Source: Thermodesulfobacteriota bacterium (GTDB taxonomy: Bacteria; Desulfobacterota; Desulfobulbia; Desulfobulbales; Desulfurivibrionaceae). Taken from it: DNA of 64,000 nucleotides. Positions 11,062 to 19,601 of this stretch are shown piece by piece; the first letter of the stretch is position 1; each line of letters opens with the position of its first letter. Where the stretch lies: NCBI GenBank assembly GCA_049323635.1, contig JBMONS010000035.1:2744-66743 (forward strand), written 5' to 3'. The notes under the pieces are model-generated. The model did not search any database and had not been told where the DNA came from. It saw only the letters and a program-made list of their open reading frames with translations. The translations under genes were made by a program, and so were the position numbers.

Positions 11062-11867
11062 CCACCCAGGAGTTGCGCCGGGAGGAACGGCTGACCATCG
11101 CCTCGATCATCTTCCCCTTCCTGGGGTCGCGGAACCGCGATTTCGCCTGTTTCCAGTACCTGCCCCTGGACTTCAGCGCCCATGGGCTCCAGATCGTCAT
11201 CCCCAGATGGGTGGTGAACCGGGAGCGGTTGCTGGCCGGGGAACGGATCAACCTGCACGTGCCGTTCAAGCTCAAGGGCGACACCTACAGTCAGGGGGAG
11301 ATCGCCTGGGCACGGGAAGACGCCAGCGTGGACGGCTTCCGCTACGGCGTCCAGCTGACCAGAAAACACCTGCCCAGCTACCCGCTCTACATCTCGCTGG
11401 GACTGGACAAGGGGGTGGGGGTCGATCTGAGCGACTTCGAGACCCCGGAGCTGATGCTGGTGCAGCTGATCAAGGACGCGGCGCTCCTCAAAAAAGGGAT
11501 CCAGATCTATTTCGACCATCTGATCCCCTACTTCTCCCGGATCGCCGATTACCCGGCCGAACTCTATCCAGAACTCAAGAAGCTGCTCTTCCACGACATC
11601 GGCGAGAAGATCCGGGAAAACCACCGCCGGCTGGAGGCGCTGCACGCCCGCCTTCTCGCCGATGCCTGGAGCCACCCCGGCATCCCCAAGGACTTCGATC
11701 TGGAGGAGCTGCGCGGCTTCATGGAGTCGGAGCTTTCCACCGATCTCCTGCAGCTCGCGCTGGGATCCAGCGCCATCACCCCCTATCTCAGCGCCATCAA
11801 GGAACTGGAGAAGAAGCAGTACACCACTTACAACGCTATCGTGCTGCTCTTTGTCCGCTCACTGTGA
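11058..11867 (+). CDS. PilZ domain protein with a C-terminal helical domain of unknown function
   Basis: ATGA overlap with the phosphatase stop. RxxxR (R7-REE-R11), and DxSxxG (DFSAHG) 27 aa later, match the c-di-GMP-binding PilZ signature. The remaining ~170 aa are unassigned. Confidence 0.7.
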   Translation: MTTQELRREERLTIASIIFPFLGSRNRDFACFQYLPLDFSAHGLQIVIPRWVVNRERLLAGERINLHVPFKLKGDTYSQGEIAWAREDASVDGFRYGVQLTRKHLPSYPLYISLGLDKGVGVDLSDFETPELMLVQLIKDAALLKKGIQIYFDHLIPYFSRIADYPAELYPELKKLLFHDIGEKIRENHRRLEALHARLLADAWSHPGIPKDFDLEELRGFMESELSTDLLQLALGSSAITPYLSAIKELEKKQYTTYNAIVLLFVRSL

Positions 11868-12899
11868 GCCGCGGCCCGGAAGCCCGCCGGCCAGCCACTG
11901 GGCGGCGCTCACCCCGTCCCGCCCCAAGAGTGGGACCACCTCCTTTCCCACTCCCTGCTGCAGCCGCCAGTCGTTTTCCTTGTTGACCTGAAACCAGCTT
12001 ATGCCGGCAAGGCCCCAAAGTTGCGCCTGCTGCCGTGCCTGGGCCAGCCAGGCGGCCTTGTCGCCGCCCTCGGTGGCCGAGGCGGTTTCAAAGACCACGA
12101 TGGGGAGATCCGGGGCGAGGGCGGTCAATTCGTCCCGCAGGGGAGAGAAGATCTCCGCAAAACTCTGCCAGCGGCTCTTCCAGCCATGGGTGGCCTGGCA
12201 ACGGGTGGTTCCCCAGTTGTAGCCGTCCATGCCCAGGACATCCACGTAGCCCCGTCCGGGGAAATAGGCGGCGGCGCGGTTCCAGCCGGCACCCTTGTCG
12301 TAAAGGGGGTGGGGGATCGACTCGGCGTTGGGGCAGAAGGCCCACAGCACGTTATGGGCCCCTTCCCGACGGAAGACCCGCACCACATGCCGGAACATGG
12401 CCACATAGGCCGCCGGGCTCGCCGGGCCATACTCCTGCCGGGAGGTGCCCCAGTGGTAGCGGGCGGTATTCATCTCATGGGCAAAGCGTATGATCACCGG
12501 CCTGCCCCACTCCCTGGCCTGGCGGGCAAAAGCGGCCAGGTAGCGGTCGTAGTCGCCGCCCACGATTTGCTGGGCCGGGATCATGGTCTCCTGGCCGCCC
12601 TGGTAGTGCATCGGCTCCCAGGTGATGCAGGGCAGGGCCTGCTGCCGGGCGATGGCGTCGAGGCTGGCCACCGGGAAGTTGTCCGCGCCAGGGTCGGCGG
12701 GCCATTGCAGGAAGAAGACCACCAGACCGGGCCGGACCCCGGTTTCCTCCGCCGCCTGGTTCAGCTGGGCATCGCTGAGGGGATTGCCCTCCAGCCCCAC
12801 TCCCCACAGCATCCCCCGCGACCAGCGCGCCCCGAGCGACAGCCCGGCCAGGAGCAGCAACATCATGCCGATCCAGGGCCGGCGCGCCGACATGGCCAT
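11859..12899 (-). CDS. secreted glycoside hydrolase family 26 protein
   Basis: Signal peptide MAMSARRPWIGMMLLLLAGLSLGA. GH26 acid/base block RFAHEMNTARYHWG and nucleophile block IVVFETAS. The start at 12899 is 2 nt after the synthase stop. The 5' 231 codons of the 577-aa track ORF are an out-of-frame overlap with the GT2 gene. Confidence 0.8.
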   Translation of the reverse strand: MAMSARRPWIGMMLLLLAGLSLGARWSRGMLWGVGLEGNPLSDAQLNQAAEETGVRPGLVVFFLQWPADPGADNFPVASLDAIARQQALPCITWEPMHYQGGQETMIPAQQIVGGDYDRYLAAFARQAREWGRPVIIRFAHEMNTARYHWGTSRQEYGPASPAAYVAMFRHVVRVFRREGAHNVLWAFCPNAESIPHPLYDKGAGWNRAAAYFPGRGYVDVLGMDGYNWGTTRCQATHGWKSRWQSFAEIFSPLRDELTALAPDLPIVVFETASATEGGDKAAWLAQARQQAQLWGLAGISWFQVNKENDWRLQQGVGKEVVPLLGRDGVSAAQWLAGGLPGRGSQ

Positions 12900-12901
12900 C
12901 C

Positions 12902-14530
12902 CTACTCCTTCTCCAGCGGATGATTGAAGTAGAGCACCCAGGAGAGGATGGCGAAGTGGTAAAGGCACCACAGCGAATTGGCCAGGATGGCGAAAAGCGG
13001 CTGCCGCTCGTAGTAGAGGCGGTGCCCGCCCCACACCATGGCCGCGAAGGCGACCAGGGCCAGGAGCAACTGCGGCCAGAGGCGATACAGGGGCAGGGCG
13101 CGGCTCTGTCCCTTGGGAGTGATGCCGAAGCTGCCCCGCACCCCGAGAATCGCCAGGGCCGAGGCCTTCATGTAGACCGGAAAGCAGATGGCGTTCAGAA
13201 ACAGCCCCTGGAACATCTGCCAGGGCCGGTAGTGGCGCTGCTCCAGGGTGCCGAGAAAGACCGAGAGGGAAAGGACCAGATAGGGAGTAAAAACCAGCAG
13301 GTAGATCTCCGGATAGACAAAGAAGGAGGGAATGCCGGTAAAGAGGTAGAGGATCGGGCAGGCGGCCAGGATCAGGAAGACCCAGCCCACGAAGTAGTGG
13401 GTGCCGGAGAGGAAGTACTCCCACCATTTGGCAGCGGAGAGCCGGTGCGGATTCCGGCGCATCTCGGCAAGAATGGAACGGAAGAGCCCCACCGTGCCCA
13501 GGGCCCAGCGGAACTGCTGACGGAAGTAGCCGCCCAGGTCCTCCGGTCCCATGCCGAAGGCGCATACCTTGTTGAGATAGGCCGACTTCCATCCCTTGAT
13601 GTGGAAGCGGAGCGAGGTGGCGAAGTCCTCGGTCACCGAGCTCTCGTCGAAGCCGCCCACGTCCATGAGCGCCTCGCGCCGGAAGATGACGTTGGTGCCG
13701 CAGCAGAACATCGCCTCCTGCAGGCTCTTGCCCTCGCAGATGAACTCATAGAAGACCGCCTGCTGCAACCCCGAGGCCCTGGCCACCCGGTTGGTCTCGA
13801 AGTTGGAGTAGTACTGGGGAGTCTGCACGAAGGCCAGGCGGGGGTTCTTCTCCATCATCGCCACCAGCGGCTCGACAAAGTCCGGAAAGGGGTTCATGTC
13901 GGCGTCAAAGACGATGATGTACTTCTCCTTCTCGCTGGGCCGGGTGCCGAAATGGCCAAAGGAAAAACCCTCCACATGGCCGCCGTCGATGAAGCGCAGG
14001 AAATCGTTGATCATGCCGGCCTTGGCGCCGTGCCACCTGCGGCGGAAGAGGTTGATGCCGATGCGCTGGCACATGGCGTCGACGCTCTCCCGGTAGGCCC
14101 GCATCCGCTCCGGCGTGTCCCAGTCCAGGTCGTAGCGGGTGTCGTCCAGGAAGTAGAGGCTCTTGTTGGGGTAGGTGAGGTTGTAGAAGCAGGTGAGGGT
14201 GTTCTCCACCACCTCGATGGGCTCCTTGTAGGAGGAGACGATGATGGCCACCGGCGGGTAGTCGTCCAGCTCGGTTTCCGTGGCCAGGGGCGGCGGCGCC
14301 TGGGGCCGGTTGACCACGTGGTAGATGTTCAGGAAGTAGCCGAAACCGTGGATCAGGATGAAGAGCTCGCCAAACAGCAGCATGGAGGCCAGGATCCGCT
14401 CCTGCCACTGGAAGGGGGCGACGAAGAAGAGGGCGGTCCGCACGGAGAGATAGACGATGATCCCCAGCATGGCCAGCAGCACCAGGATGCCCAGCAATGC
14501 GGATCTGCTCCAGTTCCTTGGCTTGAACAT
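12902..14530 (-). CDS. cellulose-synthase-like family 2 glycosyltransferase (processive membrane synthase, no PilZ domain)
   Basis: 542 aa with N- and C-terminal TM helices. Motifs: VAIIVSSYKEP, DDT, HGAKAGMIN, VFDADM, FCCGTN, VTEDFATS (TED), QQFRWALG (QxxRW). Confidence 0.9.
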   Translation of the reverse strand: MFKPRNWSRSALLGILVLLAMLGIIVYLSVRTALFFVAPFQWQERILASMLLFGELFILIHGFGYFLNIYHVVNRPQAPPPLATETELDDYPPVAIIVSSYKEPIEVVENTLTCFYNLTYPNKSLYFLDDTRYDLDWDTPERMRAYRESVDAMCQRIGINLFRRRWHGAKAGMINDFLRFIDGGHVEGFSFGHFGTRPSEKEKYIIVFDADMNPFPDFVEPLVAMMEKNPRLAFVQTPQYYSNFETNRVARASGLQQAVFYEFICEGKSLQEAMFCCGTNVIFRREALMDVGGFDESSVTEDFATSLRFHIKGWKSAYLNKVCAFGMGPEDLGGYFRQQFRWALGTVGLFRSILAEMRRNPHRLSAAKWWEYFLSGTHYFVGWVFLILAACPILYLFTGIPSFFVYPEIYLLVFTPYLVLSLSVFLGTLEQRHYRPWQMFQGLFLNAICFPVYMKASALAILGVRGSFGITPKGQSRALPLYRLWPQLLLALVAFAAMVWGGHRLYYERQPLFAILANSLWCLYHFAILSWVLYFNHPLEKE

Positions 14531-14539
14531 GGCGCCTCC

Positions 14540-17401
14540 TCAAAAGCTATAGCGAAGCGTGGCCCAGAGGCCTGTGGCGTCCCACTCCTCGGAGCGGTGG
14601 ACGAGCCCCTTCAGCTCGGCCTGCCAGTGATCAGCGAACTCGTAATGCCAGCTGAGCTCGAGCCGGGCGGAGGGGTTCTCCTCGGAGTCGCTGCCCACCC
14701 CCAGGCGGAGATCGTAGTAATGCTGCTCGCCGCCGCAGAAGAACCGCCTGGCCAGATCGTGCCGCCAGTCCAGGGTGACCCCGTAGGACCAGTAATCCTC
14801 CGGAGTCCAGTAAGGGTGGAGGATGTCGCGGGTCTGCCCGGCCACGGTCCGGTAGATGTTCATCTCCTCGGTGTCGCGATGGCCGGCGTCGACGATCACC
14901 CGGAGTTGGCGCGGATGCTCGGTGAGCTGGTAGCCCAGGGCCAGGGTCTGCTGCTCGCCGCGATTGCCGTCGGTGTACTCGAGCTGCTCCGCCATGGCCT
15001 CCAGGCGCCAGCGGCGGCCGAGGTTGCCGTTGAGCCCCACCCACCGGTGATCGGCCTCCGTGCCCTGCCGCAAGGCATGGAGATTGGCGATCTCTTCAGT
15101 GCGCTTGACCCCGACTCCCACCTCCAGAAGGTCATCCAGGTTGTACCACAGCTCGGCATGACCCGCGGCAAGATCGTCCAGGCTCTCCCGCTCATACCGC
15201 TTGCCGCTTGCGCCCACCGAGCCGCGGAGCCATGGGGTGATGGGACCGGAAAGCTTGATGGCCAGCCGCTCGGAGCGGTAGGTTTCCGAAAGAGGGCCAG
15301 GCCGCTCCTCCTCCTGGCCCAGGCCGGCCTGGAGGCGAAAACGGCAGGCCAGGGGCAGCTCGGCCACCAGCTCCTCGCGGTGGCGGGAGAGGTCGGCCAG
15401 CTCGCCACGGCCCGTCTCCTTCCAGGCGCTGGCGGAAAGACCGATCGCGGGGTTACTGCGGGTCCGCTGGCGGGCAAGCCCGGAGGCCGCCATGTCGTGC
15501 AGGGGGGAGATGGCCAGCAGCCGCTGGTACTCCTCGCCCTCCTCGTCGCACAGCCCCAGGGAACAGGCAACCTGGGAGGCGTCGAAGCGGGCCTCCTGAT
15601 TGCCCGTCTGGAAGGCGAGCAGCTGGCCGTAGGTCTCCCGGGCCGCAAGCGGCCGCTGCCGCCAGACCAGCTCCTTGCCGCGGCTTTCCAGCAGGGCGCT
15701 CTTCTGGATGCGGTAACGGCCAAAAAGCCGCTCGCGCTGCAGGGCCATGTGGTGCCACTGTTCGGGCGGCAGGCTCTCCTTGCCCTGCTCCAGAGCCTGG
15801 CTGAATGCCTCGTACCGGCCAAAGATCTCCTGGCCGGCCTCCGGCGGCGCGGCAGCTGGCAGGAGGGGCATGGTCGCGCCACCCGCCAGTCCGGCCAATG
15901 CCGTGCGCAGCGCCTCGTCCACCGGCTGGCCCCACAGCTCGGCATACATCCCCTTGGCCTCCTCCAGCCGCCTGTCCCAGGCAGCCATCCGGGCCCGCTC
16001 GATCCGGGGCAGAGGGTTGCTCGGATCCAGGGACAGCAGACGCGCGTACACCACCTCGGCCTGCCCATACTCCTTGGCCCAGCTCAGGATGCGGGCGCGG
16101 GTAAGAAGCAGCTTGGGGGTGTCGGGGAAGCCTTTTTCCAGGATGTCCAGTTCGTTCAGGGCTTCGCCGTATAGGCCATCGCTGGCAAGCGCCTCGGCCA
16201 GACCCATCCGGGCCGGGAAACAGGCGGGATCCCGGGCAAGGGCCGCCCGCTGGCAGGCGATGGCGGCCTGGCGCTCGCCGTGCTCGGCATAGAGGTTGCC
16301 CCAGCGGACCAGCCGCATGGGCTGCGGGGCAAGCTCGGCCAGCAGGCGGGCCAGAAAGACCGGAGTGGTGCGTTCCTCCCAGCTGGCGTGGTAGCTGGCC
16401 TCGACACTGGCCGGTTCCATGGCCAGCGCGGTTGCCAGCGCCTCCCGCCCGGCGGCCCCTTGGCCGGCGGCCAGGCAGGCCCGTCCCAGCCCGAGAAAAA
16501 CCCGGGCCTCGTCGGGATACCTGGCCGCCACCCCCCGGAAATGGATCATCGCCGCCTCGGCCTCGCCCTGGCGCAACAGCACCTCGCCCAGCAGTAAAGC
16601 CGCCACCAGATGGCCTGGATCCTGGGCAAGCACCTTTTCCAACCAGGCACGCGCGCTCGGGTCATCGCCTTCGCCATGCTTGATCCGGGCCAGGAGCACA
16701 AGGGGATCCTGCCGCTGGGGCACCGTCAGGAGCAGCTCCCGGGCCACCCCTTCCGCCTCGGCGAATCGCTGGCTGTTGGCCAGCGCCTCGGCAAGCGCCA
16801 ATCCCGGCTCCACATTGGCCGGTTCCTTTTCCCTCCAGCCCCGGAAAAGCTTTGCGGCCGCCAGGAAGTCTCCCCACAGGTTCAGGCGATTGGCATACCG
16901 GCGCGCCAGTTCCTCCTGACCGCCGCCAACGCGCAACGCCTGCTGATAGAGGTCGCGGCATGCATCCAGATGCCCCACCTCCGCCTCCAGATCGGCAAGA
17001 TCGGCAAGCCCACCGGCCAGTTGCCCAGCGGTTTCGCCCTGGAACGAACCCGCCAGGAGCCGCCGTGCCTCGGCCATGTGCCGGCCTGCCTCCTCGGGAC
17101 GGTCCAGCCGCAGGAGCGTGCGGGCATAGGCAAGCCGGACGGCCCACACGCCGGGCCGCGCCATCACCAGCCGCTCATAGAGAGCCGCCGCCTGCCGCCG
17201 TCCCTGCGCGGTCTCGGCCAGAAGGCCGGCCAGGAGCAGCTCCGCGTCAAGATCCGAGATCCTTGCCTCGGCCGGCACAATGGTTTCCGACCTTGGCGGC
17301 ATGCCCCAGACCATGGCCCCGCCAGTCAGCAGGACAAGCGATCCCGCCGCAAGGCCAATGGAGAGACGATGTCTGGCGCAGCGCGATTGGGAGGCCATCA
17401 T
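14540..17401 (-). CDS. TPR-repeat protein fused to a C-terminal outer-membrane beta-barrel (BcsC/PgaA/PelB-like exopolysaccharide export scaffold/porin)
   Basis: 953 aa. The N-terminal ~600 aa are Ala/Leu-rich TPR-like repeats. The C-terminal ~330 aa have an alternating beta-strand pattern with aromatic girdles and end in ATLRYSF, a typical OM barrel terminus. Confidence 0.7.
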   Translation of the reverse strand: MMASQSRCARHRLSIGLAAGSLVLLTGGAMVWGMPPRSETIVPAEARISDLDAELLLAGLLAETAQGRRQAAALYERLVMARPGVWAVRLAYARTLLRLDRPEEAGRHMAEARRLLAGSFQGETAGQLAGGLADLADLEAEVGHLDACRDLYQQALRVGGGQEELARRYANRLNLWGDFLAAAKLFRGWREKEPANVEPGLALAEALANSQRFAEAEGVARELLLTVPQRQDPLVLLARIKHGEGDDPSARAWLEKVLAQDPGHLVAALLLGEVLLRQGEAEAAMIHFRGVAARYPDEARVFLGLGRACLAAGQGAAGREALATALAMEPASVEASYHASWEERTTPVFLARLLAELAPQPMRLVRWGNLYAEHGERQAAIACQRAALARDPACFPARMGLAEALASDGLYGEALNELDILEKGFPDTPKLLLTRARILSWAKEYGQAEVVYARLLSLDPSNPLPRIERARMAAWDRRLEEAKGMYAELWGQPVDEALRTALAGLAGGATMPLLPAAAPPEAGQEIFGRYEAFSQALEQGKESLPPEQWHHMALQRERLFGRYRIQKSALLESRGKELVWRQRPLAARETYGQLLAFQTGNQEARFDASQVACSLGLCDEEGEEYQRLLAISPLHDMAASGLARQRTRSNPAIGLSASAWKETGRGELADLSRHREELVAELPLACRFRLQAGLGQEEERPGPLSETYRSERLAIKLSGPITPWLRGSVGASGKRYERESLDDLAAGHAELWYNLDDLLEVGVGVKRTEEIANLHALRQGTEADHRWVGLNGNLGRRWRLEAMAEQLEYTDGNRGEQQTLALGYQLTEHPRQLRVIVDAGHRDTEEMNIYRTVAGQTRDILHPYWTPEDYWSYGVTLDWRHDLARRFFCGGEQHYYDLRLGVGSDSEENPSARLELSWHYEFADHWQAELKGLVHRSEEWDATGLWATLRYSF

Positions 17402-17404
17402 GGC

Positions 17405-18058
17405 TTACTTCCCCGGAGAACCCAGGCTGAGCTGGAGCTGACGGATAGCCTCCTCCCGCTGCCCGGCCCAAGCGAGGACCTGGGCGTACTTGCGCCGCAC
17501 CTGGACATCATCGGGCAACGCCTCCAGAATCCGCCGATATTCGCGGATGGCCGCCTCGTACTGCTTGAGCCAGCCCAGCAGCTCGGCCAGCTTGAGCCGA
17601 ACACCGTGGTCGCCCGGAACGCGGCCGAGATGGTCCAGGTAGATTGCCCTGGCCCGCTCATACTCCTTGAGACCGACCAGGATGTCCGCCATGGCGATCC
17701 TGTCCGCCTCGCCGAGCTGCTCCAGGGGGAGCTGCTCGAAAAGCCGCAAGGCCTGCTCGGATCTGCCGGCCCAGAAGAGCACCCGGGCCTTCTCCATGCG
17801 CAGGGCCGGCTCGCCGGGCCGCTCCTTGAGAAGCCGGTCATACTCGGCCAGCGCCTCGTCGTAACGCTTGGCAAAGCCGAGCAGCCTGGCCAGCTCCCAC
17901 CGGGCCTGCCAGGCCGAAATCTCGCCTCCCACGGCCACGGCGGCGGGAGGCTCCGTCGGGCCGGGCTGCGCGGCCGCTGTCCCCAACCCCATGAGTTGGC
18001 CGGCCATCAGCCCGCCAAGCACCCAGCCACGCCATCGCCACGCCATTGCCCTTGTCAT
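17405..18058 (-). CDS. periplasmic TPR repeat protein
   Basis: 217 aa. Signal-like N-terminus (GGLMAGQLMGLGTAAAQP) followed by TPR-like repeats (YDEALAEYDRLLKERPGEP...). There is an ATGA overlap with the upstream gene. Confidence 0.65.
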   Translation of the reverse strand: MTRAMAWRWRGWVLGGLMAGQLMGLGTAAAQPGPTEPPAAVAVGGEISAWQARWELARLLGFAKRYDEALAEYDRLLKERPGEPALRMEKARVLFWAGRSEQALRLFEQLPLEQLGEADRIAMADILVGLKEYERARAIYLDHLGRVPGDHGVRLKLAELLGWLKQYEAAIREYRRILEALPDDVQVRRKYAQVLAWAGQREEAIRQLQLSLGSPGK

Positions 18059-18762
18059 CGCTCATTCTCCAACAGCTTGCGATACTGCTCAATCGCCTCG
18101 TCCAGCCGGCCGGCCCACCCCAGCACCCTGGCCAGTCCGAGCCGGGCCGGCCGGTGGTCCGGCTGGCGGGCCAGCACCTGGGCAAAGAGCGCGACCGCCT
18201 CATCGTAACGCCGCTGCCACCCCAAAACCGTGGCCAGCTTGACCGACACCGACACCTCGCCGGGGGCGCTGGCCAGAGCGTTCCGGTAGCAGGTTGTTGC
18301 CTGCTCGAACCGCTGCCCGGCCACGGCCAGATCCCCCAGGCGTTGCCAAAAGGGGAAGCGGACCGCCGGATCCTCCGGCAACCGGCCGGCCAGGGCGATT
18401 CCCTTGTCCAGCTCTCCCGCCTGCGTATAGAGTCCGGCCAACTCGTCGATCAACTGGGTGTCGTGAGGATGATCGCCCAGGGCCAGTTCCAGCTCCCCCA
18501 TGGCCAAGGCCGTATTCCCCTGCCGCCGATAGGCCTCGGCCAGACGCCGCCGCGCCGTGGCGTCGATCAGGCCGGCCTCGATGGCCTGCCGGTAGAGCAG
18601 GATCGCTCCGGGAAGATCCCGATGGACGAAGGCAACCTCGGCACGGCGGAAGAGCACCATCTCCCGGTGCGCATGGTGATACCCGGCGCTGGCCGCCAGC
18701 CCCACGGCCAGCAGCAAGACGAGATACATCCCCCATTGGGCCTGCTTACCCTGCCAGTCCAT
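18055..18762 (-). CDS. membrane-anchored TPR repeat protein
   Basis: 235 aa with one N-terminal TM helix (MYLVLLLAVGLAASAGY) followed by TPR-like repeats. The start may be 18762 or 18729. With the 18762 start it overlaps the 3' end of the RsbW-like gene. Confidence 0.65.
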   Translation of the reverse strand: MDWQGKQAQWGMYLVLLLAVGLAASAGYHHAHREMVLFRRAEVAFVHRDLPGAILLYRQAIEAGLIDATARRRLAEAYRRQGNTALAMGELELALGDHPHDTQLIDELAGLYTQAGELDKGIALAGRLPEDPAVRFPFWQRLGDLAVAGQRFEQATTCYRNALASAPGEVSVSVKLATVLGWQRRYDEAVALFAQVLARQPDHRPARLGLARVLGWAGRLDEAIEQYRKLLENER

Positions 18763-19225
18763 CGCCCTGCCCGCTCTCGCCGCCCCCTCCGTGGGAAAAC
18801 CACTTCACCAGCCGTAAGACGTTCCGACCTTCCTCGCTGCTGTACTCCACGCTATCCATCACGGTATTGATGATGACCAGGCCAACCCCCCCTTCCGGCG
18901 CGGCATCCAAGCCGGCTGGCTCAACGGCCCGCCGAGGCGCATCCAAACAAAGCCCTGGCCGCCCGTGATCGGTGATCGTGATAACCAGCCGATCCGTCCC
19001 CACCGCCAGCGACACCGCCACCTCCTGTCCGGCCTGGCCCTGGTAGGCGTGCTTGACCACGTTGGTCACCGCCTCCACCACGCACAGCTCCAGCTGGAAG
19101 GCGGTCTTTTCGTCAAAGGGCAGCTGGGTGCAGATCCCCTTCACCGCCAGGCCAACCAGCGCGATATTGTGCAGGGCGCTGTCAATGGCGATGCTGGCCC
19201 TGCGCTCCGGATCCCCATGGCTCAT
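18746..19225 (-). CDS. RsbW/SpoIIAB-like anti-sigma-type serine kinase (HATPase_c_2)
   Basis: ELCVVEAVTNVVKHAY (N-box), ITDHGRP (G1), and GGVGLVIINTVMDSVEY (G2) motifs. The start at MSHGD (19225) is preceded by RBS GAGGAA, 10 nt after the STAS stop. Confidence 0.8.
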   Translation of the reverse strand: MSHGDPERRASIAIDSALHNIALVGLAVKGICTQLPFDEKTAFQLELCVVEAVTNVVKHAYQGQAGQEVAVSLAVGTDRLVITITDHGRPGLCLDAPRRAVEPAGLDAAPEGGVGLVIINTVMDSVEYSSEEGRNVLRLVKWFSHGGGGESGQGDGLAG

Positions 19226-19235
19226 CGGCGGTTCC

Positions 19236-19574
19236 TCACCCGGCAAATCCCCGCAGCGCCTCATCCAGGGAGGGAAAGATCCTGAAGATCCTGGTCATGC
19301 GGGTCAGTTCGAAAAGGCTCATCACCTTGGGCGGCACGTTGCACAGCACCAGCTCGCCATCGTTGCCCAGGGTCTTGAGCAGGGAGACCAGCACCCCCAG
19401 CCCGCTGCTGTCGATGAACTCCACGCGCTGAAAATCCAGGACGATCCTGCGGCTGCCGTTGTTGACGCAGTCCACCATGGTCCCCTTCACCAGGATGGCG
19501 TTGGAGGCGTCGATGCGCTTGCCCTGGGGAGTGGCCACCAGGATGTCCCCCTCGTTGCGGGTCGCTATGTCCAT
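19236..19574 (-). CDS. STAS-domain anti-sigma-factor antagonist-like protein
   Basis: 112 aa. RIVLDFQRVEFIDSSGLGVLVSL contains the conserved phosphorylatable Ser of the SpoIIAA/RsbV family. Confidence 0.85.
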   Translation of the reverse strand: MDIATRNEGDILVATPQGKRIDASNAILVKGTMVDCVNNGSRRIVLDFQRVEFIDSSGLGVLVSLLKTLGNDGELVLCNVPPKVMSLFELTRMTRIFRIFPSLDEALRGFAG

Positions 19575-19601
19575 ATTGCTCCTTGTCCGCTCCGTGCGTG
19601 C

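Noticed and set aside
12900-13592. The N-terminal 231 codons of the 577-aa minus-strand ORF ending at 11859
   Set aside because: This stretch is an out-of-frame overlap with the GT2 synthase gene. The GH26 protein has its own signal peptide, and its ATG at 12899 lies 2 nt after the synthase stop.
12920-16174. A 1084-aa plus-strand ORF, the longest in the track
   Set aside because: It lies antisense to the GT2 synthase and TPR-barrel genes, which have clear motifs. Its translation is low-complexity and rich in G/A/R/P/L/Q/E with no recognisable domain. This is the typical stop-codon-poor antisense frame of high-GC DNA.
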